Assembly (NCBI GenBank): GCA_965262725.1
Contig: OZ253555.1
Location: forward strand, 2,176,001 to 2,240,000
Length of the DNA: 64,000 bases
From: Dehalococcoidia bacterium
Lineage (GTDB): Bacteria > Chloroflexota > Dehalococcoidia > UBA2979
Reading direction: 5' to 3'
Positions 19,151 through 28,237 of this stretch are shown piece after piece. Within the stretch, counting starts at the first letter, position 1. Every line of letters starts with the position of its first letter. The translations under genes were made by a program, and so were the position numbers. The notes beneath the pieces are model-generated. The model was given only the letters and a program-made list of their open reading frames with translations. It searched no databases and had not been told where the DNA came from.

Positions 19151-20518
19151 TCAGTCGAGGAGCGCGCGACCGAGGCGCGCCGCGTCCCCGCGCAACGTGT
19201 CGCTGACGACGACATCATACGGTCGGTCGGCCGCAGGGAGCCCGCGCACGCGGTCTGGCAGACGCGCGATCTCCGATGCCGCCCGCTCGCGTGCGCGCTG
19301 AAGCGACTCCCCACCCGCCGCCAGCCGCCTCCCGCCCCGCATCACCGGCACGAGCAGCGGGTCTCCCTCGTGGTGCTCATCCGCCCGGGCGAGGATGTCC
19401 CGCGCAGGGGTGCCGGATGCGCCCCGCTGCCGGAACACCTGCTTGCGCCCGGGGAGCGTCTCCTTGCCGGTGGAGCGCTTGATCCGCCCCTCGCCGTCGT
19501 AGGCCGCCAGCTTGTAGACCGCGTCGAAGGTCGGCGCGTCGGCGGAGGTCACCGCGTGTGTCCCGACGCCGAAGGCGTCGATCGGCGCGCCCGAGTCGAC
19601 GAGCTCCGCGATCCCCTGCTCGTCGAGGCCGCCGCTCGCGATGATGCGCACCGAGACGAGCCCCGCGGCGTCGAGCAGGCGCCGCGCCCCGACCGCGAGC
19701 TCCGCGAGCGGCTCCGAGTCGAGCCGGATGGCGCGCACGCGGAACGCGTCACCGAGCTCCCGCGCGAGCTCGATCACCGCCCGCACGCCTGCGAGCGTGT
19801 CGTACGTGTCGACGAGCAGCGTGGTCTCGGGGTGCGTCGCCACGAAGTCGCGGAACGCCGTGAGGTCGTCGCCGTGCACCTGGATGTAGCTGTGCGCCAT
19901 CGTGCCGGTCACCGGGATGCCGTACCGGGCCCCGGCAGCCACGCTCGAGGTCGAGGCCATGCCGGCGATGTAGAGGGCGCGCGCCGCGAGCAGCCCCGCC
20001 TCGGTCCCGTGGGCGCGGCGCCCGCCGAAGTCGGCGACCGGCCGCCCGGCCGCCGCCGTCACGATGCGCGCGCCCTTCGAGGCGACCAGCGTCTGGAAGT
20101 GCAGCTGGTTGATGAGGTAGGTCTCGACCACCTGCGCCTCCGCCATCGGCGCCTCCACCACGAGCAGGGGCTCGCCCGCGAAGGCCGGCGTCCCCTCGGG
20201 CATCGCGTGTACGTCGCCGGTGAATCGGAGCTCCCCGAGCCAGTCGAGGAAGGGGGCGGGGAAGCCGAGTCCCTCCAGCGCGGCGAGGGCGTCGGGCCCG
20301 AACCGAAGCCGCTCGAGGTAGGCGAGGGCCGAGTCGAGCCCGCACGCGAGGAGGTAGTTGCGCCCCCCGGGCAGGGTCCGCGCGTAGAGCTCGAACGTCG
20401 CGGGCGCCCGCAGGCCTCGCTCCCGGTAGGACTGGAGCATCGTCAGCTCGTAGAGGTCGGTGTAGAGCGCGGGGTCGCTGCCTCCCGCGTCCGCCCGAGC
20501 ACCGCCGTTGGGACTCAC
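19151..20518 (-). CDS. pncB: Nicotinate phosphoribosyltransferase
   Basis: 'TDLYELTM', 'DFGGRRAH', 'GTMAHS', 'LVDTYD', 'IRLDS', 'ASGGLDE'. Confidence 0.95.
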   Translation of the reverse strand: MSPNGGARADAGGSDPALYTDLYELTMLQSYRERGLRAPATFELYARTLPGGRNYLLACGLDSALAYLERLRFGPDALAALEGLGFPAPFLDWLGELRFTGDVHAMPEGTPAFAGEPLLVVEAPMAEAQVVETYLINQLHFQTLVASKGARIVTAAAGRPVADFGGRRAHGTEAGLLAARALYIAGMASTSSVAAGARYGIPVTGTMAHSYIQVHGDDLTAFRDFVATHPETTLLVDTYDTLAGVRAVIELARELGDAFRVRAIRLDSEPLAELAVGARRLLDAAGLVSVRIIASGGLDEQGIAELVDSGAPIDAFGVGTHAVTSADAPTFDAVYKLAAYDGEGRIKRSTGKETLPGRKQVFRQRGASGTPARDILARADEHHEGDPLLVPVMRGGRRLAAGGESLQRARERAASEIARLPDRVRGLPAADRPYDVVVSDTLRGDAARLGRALLD

Positions 20519-21102
20519 TCGAGGTGCGCGCCCGCCTCGCGCATCGCCGCGAGCGCCCGCTCCCCGTCACCGGGAGTCAGGTCGACGGCGCGGATCGCCT
20601 CGCGCAGCACCGTCGTCTCGAAGCCGAGCCGCACGGAGTCGAGGGCCGTCTCCCGCACGCAGTAGTCGGTGGCGAGCCCCGCCACGACCACTCTCTCGAC
20701 GCCGCGCTCGCGCAGCAGCCCCTCGAGCTCCGTCGGCACCTCCTCGCCCCGCTCGACGTCGCGCACGGTGAAGCCCGAGTAGCCGTCCTCGCCGCCGACG
20801 CCCTTGCGGATGCGGGGGGCGTCGGCCGGCGCTACCAGTTCGTCGTGGAGCCGCGCCCCCCAGGAGCCACCGACGCAGTGCACCGGCCAGATCCCGCCGT
20901 CCTGGGCGAAGTGCGGCGTGTGCTCCGGGTGCCAGTCCTGCGTGTAGGCGACGAGCGCGCCCGCCTCCTGTGCCCGCTCTATCTCGCGGTTGGCCGCCGC
21001 GATCGCCCCTGCGGCCCCCGCCACGTAGAGCGATCCGGCCGGGTCCGCGAAATCGTTCTGCACGTCGACAACGAGGAGGACCGTGCGCGTGCCGTACTCC
21101 AC
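20515..21102 (-). CDS. pncA: Nicotinamidase/pyrazinamidase
   Basis: 'VDVQNDF', 'DWHP', 'WPVHCV', 'GLATDYCV'; overlaps the pncB start. Confidence 0.93.
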   Translation of the reverse strand: MEYGTRTVLLVVDVQNDFADPAGSLYVAGAAGAIAAANREIERAQEAGALVAYTQDWHPEHTPHFAQDGGIWPVHCVGGSWGARLHDELVAPADAPRIRKGVGGEDGYSGFTVRDVERGEEVPTELEGLLRERGVERVVVAGLATDYCVRETALDSVRLGFETTVLREAIRAVDLTPGDGERALAAMREAGAHLE

Positions 21103-21188
21103 CGCGGGCCCCTCCCCGGTCGCTGCAGCCGCAGGGTATACGGACCGGCCCACCCTCGACACCGCGGCCGAGGCGGGCGGGACCGGGG

Positions 21189-21614
21189 CTACCCGGCGGC
21201 CGCCAGGTGCGGCAGAACCCAGCCGAACGCGAGCGCGGCGATAGCCCCCGTCTGCACCATCGGCGGCGTCACGCGACCGCGGACGATCCCGGCGAGCCCG
21301 AGCAGCGAGCCGACCGCGACGAGGACGCCGAGCGTGAAGAGGCCGTTCGGGCTGCCGAGCCCGTCGGCCGGCCGCTCCGACTCGGCGCGCAGGTAGGCCG
21401 CGCCCAGCACGAGCCCGGTCGCCGTCCACGCCAGGAGCAGCCCGTTCGCGGCGGCGGCTCCCAGGAGCGGCAGGGGCAGCCGCCGCCCGCCCGCCCGCCT
21501 CCGCCACTCCTCCGACCGCACGAGCGCTCGAAGCGCGACGACGGTGCTCGCAAGCGCCGCGCCGGCTCCGGCGATGAAGCCCCCGAGCAGCGCCGCGCCG
21601 GTCGTTCCGTCCAC
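21189..21614 (-). CDS. Hypothetical four-TM membrane protein
   Basis: Four hydrophobic segments; starts 3 nt after the ispE stop. Confidence 0.65.
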   Translation of the reverse strand: MDGTTGAALLGGFIAGAGAALASTVVALRALVRSEEWRRRAGGRRLPLPLLGAAAANGLLLAWTATGLVLGAAYLRAESERPADGLGSPNGLFTLGVLVAVGSLLGLAGIVRGRVTPPMVQTGAIAALAFGWVLPHLAAAG

Positions 21615-21617
21615 CGC

Positions 21618-22580
21618 TCAGGACCCGCGCGCGGTGGCAGTGCCGCTCTCCGCCGAGAGCGGCGGGAGCTCGCGCAGCTCGAGCGCGCCTGAGCGCCCCA
21701 GCGTGCGCGCGGGGAGGACGAGCGCGCCCCGCGCGCGGAACGACTCCGCCAGTTCCGAGCGCTTCGCCCGCTCGTGCACCAGCAGGTAGACGGCCGGTCC
21801 CGCGCCGCAGAGGTGAAGCGTGGGTGCGCCCGCTGCGCGGTAGGCGGCGTAGTGCGCGACGAGCTCGGCATCCGAGCGCTCGACGGAGGCCTCGAAGGCG
21901 TTGACGAGGTCCGCCGCTGGCGGCGGCGCGTGGCGGCGGAGCCGGTGAGCGAGGCGGCGGGAGCGCCCCCCGTCCGTGAAGTCGCGCTCGGTCAGCGCCG
22001 CGTAGCGCCGGGCTGTCTTTCCCGCAAGCGCCGGCACCGGCGGGAGCAGCACGAGCAGCGAGAGCGGCCGGAGGTCGGGAAGCGGCTCGACGCTCTCCCC
22101 CCGCCCGGTGGCGTGCGCGGCGCCGCCTGTGAGGAAGAAGGGCACGTCCGAGCCGAGTGCGGCCCCGAGCTGTGAGAGGCGCTCCCCGGGCCAGCCGAGC
22201 TCCCACAGCGCGTTCAGGCCGCGCAGCACGGAAGCGGCGTCCGAGGAGGCGCCCCCGAGACCGGCCGGCTGCGGGATGCGCTTCTCCACCTCGACGGCGA
22301 GGTCGGGAGAGCGGCCCGCGGCCGCCGCCATCGCGCGCGCCGCGGCTCCCGCGAGCTCGGTGGCCGGATCGATGCCGGAGGCGTGGGGGCCGACGAGGCG
22401 CACCGCGAGACCCGCGCCCCGGGGCTGCGGGTGGAGCCTGACGCGGTCGGCGAGGTCGATGGTGGTGAGCACCGTGTCGATCTCGTGGTAGCCGTCGTTC
22501 CGGGGGCCCAGGACCTCGAGCGCGAGGTTCACCTTCGCGGGCGCGACGAGCTCGACGCCCGCCCCGGCCCCAGCCGGCAT
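21618..22580 (-). CDS. ispE: 4-diphosphocytidyl-2-C-methyl-D-erythritol kinase
   Basis: 'APAKVNL', 'DGYHEI', 'KRIP..AGLGGASSDAA', 'LGSDVPFF'. Confidence 0.94.
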   Translation of the reverse strand: MPAGAGAGVELVAPAKVNLALEVLGPRNDGYHEIDTVLTTIDLADRVRLHPQPRGAGLAVRLVGPHASGIDPATELAGAAARAMAAAAGRSPDLAVEVEKRIPQPAGLGGASSDAASVLRGLNALWELGWPGERLSQLGAALGSDVPFFLTGGAAHATGRGESVEPLPDLRPLSLLVLLPPVPALAGKTARRYAALTERDFTDGGRSRRLAHRLRRHAPPPAADLVNAFEASVERSDAELVAHYAAYRAAGAPTLHLCGAGPAVYLLVHERAKRSELAESFRARGALVLPARTLGRSGALELRELPPLSAESGTATARGS

Positions 22581-22581
22581 C

Positions 22582-23535
22582 TCAGCCGGCTCCCAGCGCC
22601 CGGGGGTGGCGCGCCATCAGCACCCGCAGCAGGCGCTCCCAGTCCGTGAGCGCCAGGTGCTGCGCCCGGAGCGAGGGCTCGAGCGCCGCCTCCTTGAGCG
22701 CCGCCTGCAGGAGGTCGGCCGGGAGTCCGAGCGCGGTGGGCAGGACGTTGTGGAGCTGCTTGCGCGGTGCGGAGAAGCCGGCCCGCAAGAGCGCGAGCAG
22801 CGCCTCGCGCTCCCCCGGCGCGAGCAGAAGCGGCGGCGTGGCCGAGCGCTCGACCCGCACCAGCGCCGAGTGCACCTTCGGCTGAGGCCAGAAGGCGGAG
22901 GGCGGCAGCTCGAGGACGACCTCGGCCTCGCCGTAGAGCCGCGTCGCGAGCGAGAGCAGCGACTCGCGCCCGACCCCGCCGACGATGCGGTGCGCGAGCT
23001 CGCGCTGCACGAGCACGACGACGCGATCGGGGGGCTCCTCTGCCTCCAGGAGCCGCCTGAGCACGGGTTGCGTGATGTAGTAGGGGAGATTCCCGACCGC
23101 CAGGTACGGCGGAGCAGCTCCCGCCTCGGCGAGGAGCTCCGGCGCCTCGAAGTCGAGCACGTTCGCGGCCAGCACCTCGAGCCGCTCGGAGGGGACGCGG
23201 CGCCGCGCCAGGTCGGCGAGCTCCTCGTCCAGCTCCACGGCGACGACGCGGCCCGTCAGCCCGACCCGCGCCACAAGCTCCGCGCTGAGGCCGCCGGGGC
23301 CGGCGCCCACCTCGAGCACGGTGTCGCCCGGCCGCACGCGGGCCGCCTCGGCGATCGCAGCGAGCGCCAGCTCGTCGACGAGGAAGTTCTGGCCGAGCGC
23401 CGCCCGCGGCCTGAGGCCGGCGCGGCGCAGCGCGGCCGGGATCTCACCGGGGACCTCGCCCCGGGTGGCTCGGCGCCGACGGCCGGCCGGCTCCTGCGGG
23501 CGCCGCGCACCCCCCGCGGGACGTGCGCCGCTCAT
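22582..23535 (-). CDS. rsmA: 16S rRNA m6,2A dimethyltransferase KsgA
   Basis: 'LGQNFL', 'EVGAGPG', 'GNLPYYIT', 'FWPQPKVHS'; start approximate. Confidence 0.93.
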   Translation of the reverse strand: MSGARPAGGARRPQEPAGRRRRATRGEVPGEIPAALRRAGLRPRAALGQNFLVDELALAAIAEAARVRPGDTVLEVGAGPGGLSAELVARVGLTGRVVAVELDEELADLARRRVPSERLEVLAANVLDFEAPELLAEAGAAPPYLAVGNLPYYITQPVLRRLLEAEEPPDRVVVLVQRELAHRIVGGVGRESLLSLATRLYGEAEVVLELPPSAFWPQPKVHSALVRVERSATPPLLLAPGEREALLALLRAGFSAPRKQLHNVLPTALGLPADLLQAALKEAALEPSLRAQHLALTDWERLLRVLMARHPRALGAG

Positions 23536-23576
23536 CGCGGGTGCGCGCCGCCCCTCCCCGGCCGAGGGGCGGTCCA

Positions 23577-23845
23577 CGGTCGTGCCCCGCCGTCGAATCG
23601 CACCACGAGCATCTCCCCGTCCGGCAGCTCAAGCCCGGCACCCCTGCGGCACCCGATAGGACCGACGTACCGCTGCTTCCTTCCGGACCTGACGGGGTTG
23701 GCCGGGTATCGCCGCGCAGGACCAGACTCTCAACGCCGCCTCGCGGGGCGAGCGGCTCCTGATGTCGACCCTCGGGCGGGCATTCAGTCCCGCTGAAGCG
23801 GATTGCGGGTACAGGGCACCGCTAGCTCCCCACCTAGCACGACCG
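23577..23845 (-). ncRNA. ffs: Large (Alu-domain-containing) SRP RNA
   Basis: Minus strand contains the domain IV signature GTCAGGTCCGGAAGGAAGCAGC; the 5' part 'CGTGCTAGGTGGGGAGCTAGCGGTGCCCTGTACCCGCAATCCGC' resembles the Bacillus scRNA Alu domain; the ends pair (CGGTCGTGC/GCACGACCG). Confidence 0.95.
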
Positions 23846-23851
23846 CGGCCG

Positions 23852-23857
23852 ATCGTA
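23852..23857 (-). promoter_or_regulatory. -10 element (TACGAT) of the SRP RNA
   Basis: 6 nt upstream of the predicted RNA 5' end. Confidence 0.65.
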
Positions 23858-23985
23858 GGCGCGCGCCCGCCCCCCGGTCAAAGCGCCGGGCCGGGCGCTC
23901 GGGCGCCGGTCGCGACGGCGCTCACCGCAGGCAGCGGATACGATGTCTCGCGGGTTGGCGCGGCAGGGCGCCCGGGAGGCTGACG

Positions 23986-25371
23986 ATGCGCGTGCTCTCG
24001 ATCGGTCATCCGCTGCCCAACTCGGCCGTAGACAACCGCTCGATCTTCGATGCGCCGACGCTCTTCGACTACGAGGCGATCGTCATCGATCTGGCGGCGG
24101 TACAGGAGTCGGTACGCGAGGCCGCCCTGGCGACGGCGCCGCATCAGACCTCCGCCGGCGTCCCGGTCGTGAACGGCGAGAGCATCGGCGGTGCCTCGGG
24201 CCTCGCCGAGCTCCTGAACCGCCGCCGCGACGAGATGACGCGCGCGCTCGAGCGCGGAGCCGTCGTCGCGGCCTACCTCTATCCGACCTCGCTCGTTACG
24301 GAGGTGGCCGGGATGAGCGGTCTCGACCGCTACTTCCTGCTCCCCGCCCCCGCCGGGATGGGGTGGGACGCGCAGACGATCCGGGGTGGCGAGGGCCGCA
24401 CCGGAGCGATCGTCGATCACGCCCATCCCTTCGCCTCCGTCGTGGAGGCGACCCGCAGGCGACTCCACTACCGCGCCTACCTGAACGATCGCGCCCGGGG
24501 TGTGGCCGAGCATGCGCGTGTTTTCGTGCGCTCGGTGGGCGGGGCGCCGATCGGGGCGCAGATGCCGCTGCTCGCCGGCCAGCTCATCCTGCTTCCGGCG
24601 ATCACCTCGGCCAGCTCCACGCAGGCGATGCCCGAGGCGCAGGCCGTGGTCGCGGCGATGCAGGAGGCTCTGGGCCGGGTCGACGACGACCGGAGGCCGG
24701 GCTGGCTCGACGATCAGCCCGTGCCGGGGCTCGCGGAGCGCGAGGAGAAGGTCGACGAGACGCGCGCAGCCCTCGAGCGAGCGCAGGGCGCCTTCGACGA
24801 TGCCCGGGCCGCCGCCGGTGAGCTGAGCCCGCTGCGCGAAGTGCTCTGGCGCGCCGGCGAGCAGGCGCTCATGCCGGCCGTCGTGCGCTGCCTGGAGCTG
24901 CTCGGCTTCAGCGCGCGCGAGGACGGGTCGGGATGGCTGCTGACATCGCCCGAGGGAGAGCTGCTGCTCGAGGCGGAAGCCTCGGAGCGCGAGGTCAGGA
25001 TGGATCCGCACTATCGCCTGCGTGCGCGCGCCGACCGGCTGCTCGAGGAGCGGGCGCGCCCCGCGCGCGGCCTGATCGTGATCTCCGGGCACCGGATGAC
25101 GGAGCCGGTCAGGCGTGAGGCGCAGCCCGGCGACGCGCTCAGGGTCGCAGCCGAGTCTGTCGGCTACGCGCTCCTGACGGTGGACGAGCTCTTCTCGGCC
25201 GCCAGCTCGGCCCTCGCTCACGCCGACGGGACGGAGGGGGGCGCCGACGAGGCGACCCTCGCCGGCTGGCGCGCATGCCTCGTCGCAGGGGAGGGCCTCG
25301 TCACGCTCGCAGGGAGCGATTCCGGGGAGGCCGACGGCGGGGGAGAGGGCGAGCGCGAGGGGGAGGACTAG
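23986..25371 (+). CDS. Hypothetical protein: alpha/beta N-domain, coiled coil, degenerate PD-(D/E)XK-like C-domain
   Basis: GGAGG SD; 461 aa; C-terminal 'LELLGF..LLLEAEAS..RGLIVISG..YALLTVDELF' follows a restriction-endonuclease-like layout. Confidence 0.7.
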   Translation: MRVLSIGHPLPNSAVDNRSIFDAPTLFDYEAIVIDLAAVQESVREAALATAPHQTSAGVPVVNGESIGGASGLAELLNRRRDEMTRALERGAVVAAYLYPTSLVTEVAGMSGLDRYFLLPAPAGMGWDAQTIRGGEGRTGAIVDHAHPFASVVEATRRRLHYRAYLNDRARGVAEHARVFVRSVGGAPIGAQMPLLAGQLILLPAITSASSTQAMPEAQAVVAAMQEALGRVDDDRRPGWLDDQPVPGLAEREEKVDETRAALERAQGAFDDARAAAGELSPLREVLWRAGEQALMPAVVRCLELLGFSAREDGSGWLLTSPEGELLLEAEASEREVRMDPHYRLRARADRLLEERARPARGLIVISGHRMTEPVRREAQPGDALRVAAESVGYALLTVDELFSAASSALAHADGTEGGADEATLAGWRACLVAGEGLVTLAGSDSGEADGGGEGEREGED

Positions 25372-26573
25372 GAGCCCGGGGCAGCGACCAGCGGGCGGTC
25401 TACCTCCGTCGGCTCGGCGTAGTCGACGCCCTCCACGCCGAAGCCGAAGAGCTGCTCGAAGTCGCTGCGGTATCCCTGGTAGTCGCTCAACTCACGCAGA
25501 TTCTCCGTGCTCACCTGCTCCCAGATCTCGGCCACGCGCGCCTGGACGGCTGGCTCCATCTCGAGGTCGTCGAGGCGGATCCGCCCCTCCGCGTCGACCC
25601 CGCTCTCGCGGGCGGCCGGCAGGAGCTCGGTGAAGAGGCGGGCTATCTGCTCGGTCGCGTTCTCGTGCGTGCCGCGCTCCTTCATGACGCGGAAGAGGAT
25701 CGCGGCGTAGAGCGCGAAGGCCGGGATCGCCGCCGACGCCTGCGTGACGACCGCCTTGTTGAGCGAGACCCAGGCTCCGCCGCCGTCCCCGGCGAGCTGC
25801 TCCGAGATCGCGTGGGCCGTCGCCTCCAGGTGCTCCTTGGCGCGGCCGATGGTGCCGTGCCGGTAGATCGCCCGCGTCAGGTCGCCCCCGACGTAGCTGT
25901 AGGCGAGGGTGCGCGCCCCCGGCGCCAGCAGCCCGGCTCCCCGGAGATCCTCGATCCAGGAAGCCCAGTCGTCGCCCCCCATCACGCGCACGGTGCCCTC
26001 GATCTCGTCGGCACTGGCCGCCTCGAACGACGCCTCGCGCACCTCGCCCGAGCGCAGGTCGATGGACTTCCCCCGGAACGGGGCGCCGACGGGCTTGAGC
26101 GTCGTCCTCCAGGTCGTGCCGCTCGCCTCGTCGTCGCGCCGCGGCGCGGCGAGCGAGTAGATGACGAGGTCGAGCGGCCCGAAGCGCTCCGCGAGCGCCT
26201 CTCTCACCTGGAGCTTCACGCCGGGCGAGAAGGCGTTGCCGTTCACCGTCTCGAGGTGGCGCCCCTCGCTCGCGGCGATGCGGTGCGCCTCGGCGAGGTT
26301 GTACCAGCCGGCGCTCCCGCCGCGATCGCCCTCTGGCGCCCGCTCCAGGCAGACGCCGAGCGTGGCGGCGCCCGCCCCGAAGACCGAACAGAGCAGGCTC
26401 GCGAGCCCGTAGCCTGTTGAGGAGCCGATCACGAGGACGTTCGCGAGGGGCGGAATCGGGCCGGCGCCACGCACGATCTCGACCTCGCGCCGGACGCGCT
26501 CCGCGCAGCCCTCGGGGTGCGCGGTGAGCGAGATGAAGCCCCGGATGCGCGGCTCGATGATCTGGCGTGGCAT
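25368..26573 (-). CDS. fabV: Enoyl-ACP / trans-2-enoyl-CoA reductase FabV
   Basis: 'IIEPRIRGFI...HP.GC', 'GSSTGYGLAS', 'YSLAAP', Y-x8-K, 'FGFGVEGVDY'. Confidence 0.93.
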   Translation of the reverse strand: MPRQIIEPRIRGFISLTAHPEGCAERVRREVEIVRGAGPIPPLANVLVIGSSTGYGLASLLCSVFGAGAATLGVCLERAPEGDRGGSAGWYNLAEAHRIAASEGRHLETVNGNAFSPGVKLQVREALAERFGPLDLVIYSLAAPRRDDEASGTTWRTTLKPVGAPFRGKSIDLRSGEVREASFEAASADEIEGTVRVMGGDDWASWIEDLRGAGLLAPGARTLAYSYVGGDLTRAIYRHGTIGRAKEHLEATAHAISEQLAGDGGGAWVSLNKAVVTQASAAIPAFALYAAILFRVMKERGTHENATEQIARLFTELLPAARESGVDAEGRIRLDDLEMEPAVQARVAEIWEQVSTENLRELSDYQGYRSDFEQLFGFGVEGVDYAEPTEVDRPLVAAPGS

Positions 26574-26658
26574 CGCAACCCTCCCCACCGGAACTCTACC
26601 CGCGCCCTGGCCCTCGTGCGATCGTTGGGCGTCCGTCCGATCGGGTACGATCGCGGCG

Positions 26659-27336
26659 ATGACGACACGGCTTCGGGCGGCTGTCGGGATCCGGGCCCGA
26701 CGTGCAGTCCTCGGCGCCCTGCTGCTCCTCGCCGGGGCGCTCGCGGCTGCCTCCTGCGGCGGCGGTGAGGGCGAGCCTCCCCCGACCGGCGCGGCCTCGG
26801 GCGTCCGCCCCGCCGCCACCTCCGGCGGCCCCGCCGCCACCTCCGGCGGCCCCGCCGCCACCTCCGGCGGCCTCGCCGCCGCCTCCGCGCAGGAGATTGA
26901 CGTCTGGGCCCAGGCGATGTGCTCGCTCCAGAGCGAGTTCGAGGCCAGGGCGGCCGCGCTCGCCGACGGCATTGACCCGACCACGCTCGATCTCGAGCAG
27001 CGCAAAGCCCGCTACCGGCGCATCGGGCCCCGGCAGGTCGGGCTCTACGCGGACGTGGCGCGCGCCCTCTCGCAGCTCGATCCGCCGGCCGGCGCCAGCT
27101 TCTTGCACCAGGCGGTCCTGCTTCAGGTGCGGGGCCTATCCGCCGCGCTCGAGCGCCAGGCCGGGCTCGTCGACGCCGCCTCGACGACCGCGGAGATCGA
27201 CGCCACCAACCAGGACGTGGAGCAGGTCCGCCGCCAGACGGGCGCCGAGGTCAGGTTCGCGGAGCAGGCGCTGCCCGGCCCCATCCGCACGGCGCTCGCC
27301 GCCTGCGGCGGCACGGGCGGGCTGGGCGTTCCGTAG
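26659..27336 (+). CDS. Hypothetical lipoprotein with Pro/Ala/Thr/Ser linker
   Basis: Signal peptide ending 'LAAASC'; helical C-domain bounded by two Cys. Confidence 0.7.
   Translation: MTTRLRAAVGIRARRAVLGALLLLAGALAAASCGGGEGEPPPTGAASGVRPAATSGGPAATSGGPAATSGGLAAASAQEIDVWAQAMCSLQSEFEARAAALADGIDPTTLDLEQRKARYRRIGPRQVGLYADVARALSQLDPPAGASFLHQAVLLQVRGLSAALERQAGLVDAASTTAEIDATNQDVEQVRRQTGAEVRFAEQALPGPIRTALAACGGTGGLGVP
26808..26887 (+). repeat. 21-bp tandem repeat, three perfect copies plus a degenerate fourth (encodes PAATSGG)
   Basis: CCCCGCCGCCACCTCCGGCGG at 26808, 26829 and 26850. Confidence 0.9.
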
Positions 27337-27370
27337 GGTCGCGGTGACGGACCGGGTCGGCGCAGCGCGA

Positions 27371-28237
27371 TCAGGGGGAGGTCGCCGCTGCCGGAGCGAC
27401 CGGCTCATCGTTCGTGTCGCGCGCTCTCCACCGCCTGTTCACTACGGCGGCCGCGCCGAAGAATGCCGTGGCGACCAGCGCCATCGCGGGCCCCGAGGGC
27501 AGGTCGGCGTGGAACGAGAGGTAGAGGCCTCCCACCGCCGACGCCGCTCCGATCAGGGCCCCGACGATCATGACTCCGACGAAGCGCCGGGCGAGGAGAT
27601 AGCCGCTCGCCGCGGGCGTGATGAGCATCGCCATCACCAGGACGATCCCAGCGGCCTGGATGCCGATCACGATGACGAGAGCCAGCAGCGCGAGCAGCAC
27701 GTACTCCACGAACCCCGTCCGGATGCCGGCGACCGTCGCCCCCACGGGGTCGAACGTCGTGTACACGAGCTGGCGATGGAAGGCGTAGAGCCCGGAGAGC
27801 ACGACCGCGGTGAGCACAAGCGAGACGAGAACGTCGGTTCGCGAGACGCCGAGCAGCTGCCCGAGCAGGAGGTCCTCGATGTTGACGGTGACGTTGGTGG
27901 CCTTCGAGAGCATCACCAGCCCGAGCGCGAACAGCCCGGCGAAGAGGATCCCGATGGATGTGTCCTCGCTGATGCCGGTGCGCCGGCTGATCGATCCCAT
28001 CAGGAGCGCGATCGCGACCCCGGCCGGGACGGCCGCCAGGAACGGGCTGATGCCGAGGAGGAAGGCGACGACCATCGCGGGGAGCACCGAGTGCGCGAGG
28101 GCGTCCCCCATGAACGCGCGGCCGCGCGTGATGACGTAGGCCCCGAGGACGGGGCACATCACGCCGACCAGCACGGAGACGACCAGCGCCCGCACCATGA
28201 ACGAGTACTGGAACGGCCCGATCACGTAGTCGATCAC
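27371..28237 (-). CDS. Zn/Mn ABC transporter permease
   Basis: 'FMGDALAHSVLP', 'EDTSIGI', 'MLITPAA', 'PSGP'. Confidence 0.93.
   Translation of the reverse strand: MIDYVIGPFQYSFMVRALVVSVLVGVMCPVLGAYVITRGRAFMGDALAHSVLPAMVVAFLLGISPFLAAVPAGVAIALLMGSISRRTGISEDTSIGILFAGLFALGLVMLSKATNVTVNIEDLLLGQLLGVSRTDVLVSLVLTAVVLSGLYAFHRQLVYTTFDPVGATVAGIRTGFVEYVLLALLALVIVIGIQAAGIVLVMAMLITPAASGYLLARRFVGVMIVGALIGAASAVGGLYLSFHADLPSGPAMALVATAFFGAAAVVNRRWRARDTNDEPVAPAAATSP

Noticed and set aside
26808-26887. CRISPR array
   Set aside because: Repeats are contiguous without spacers, in frame within a CDS, and no cas genes are present.
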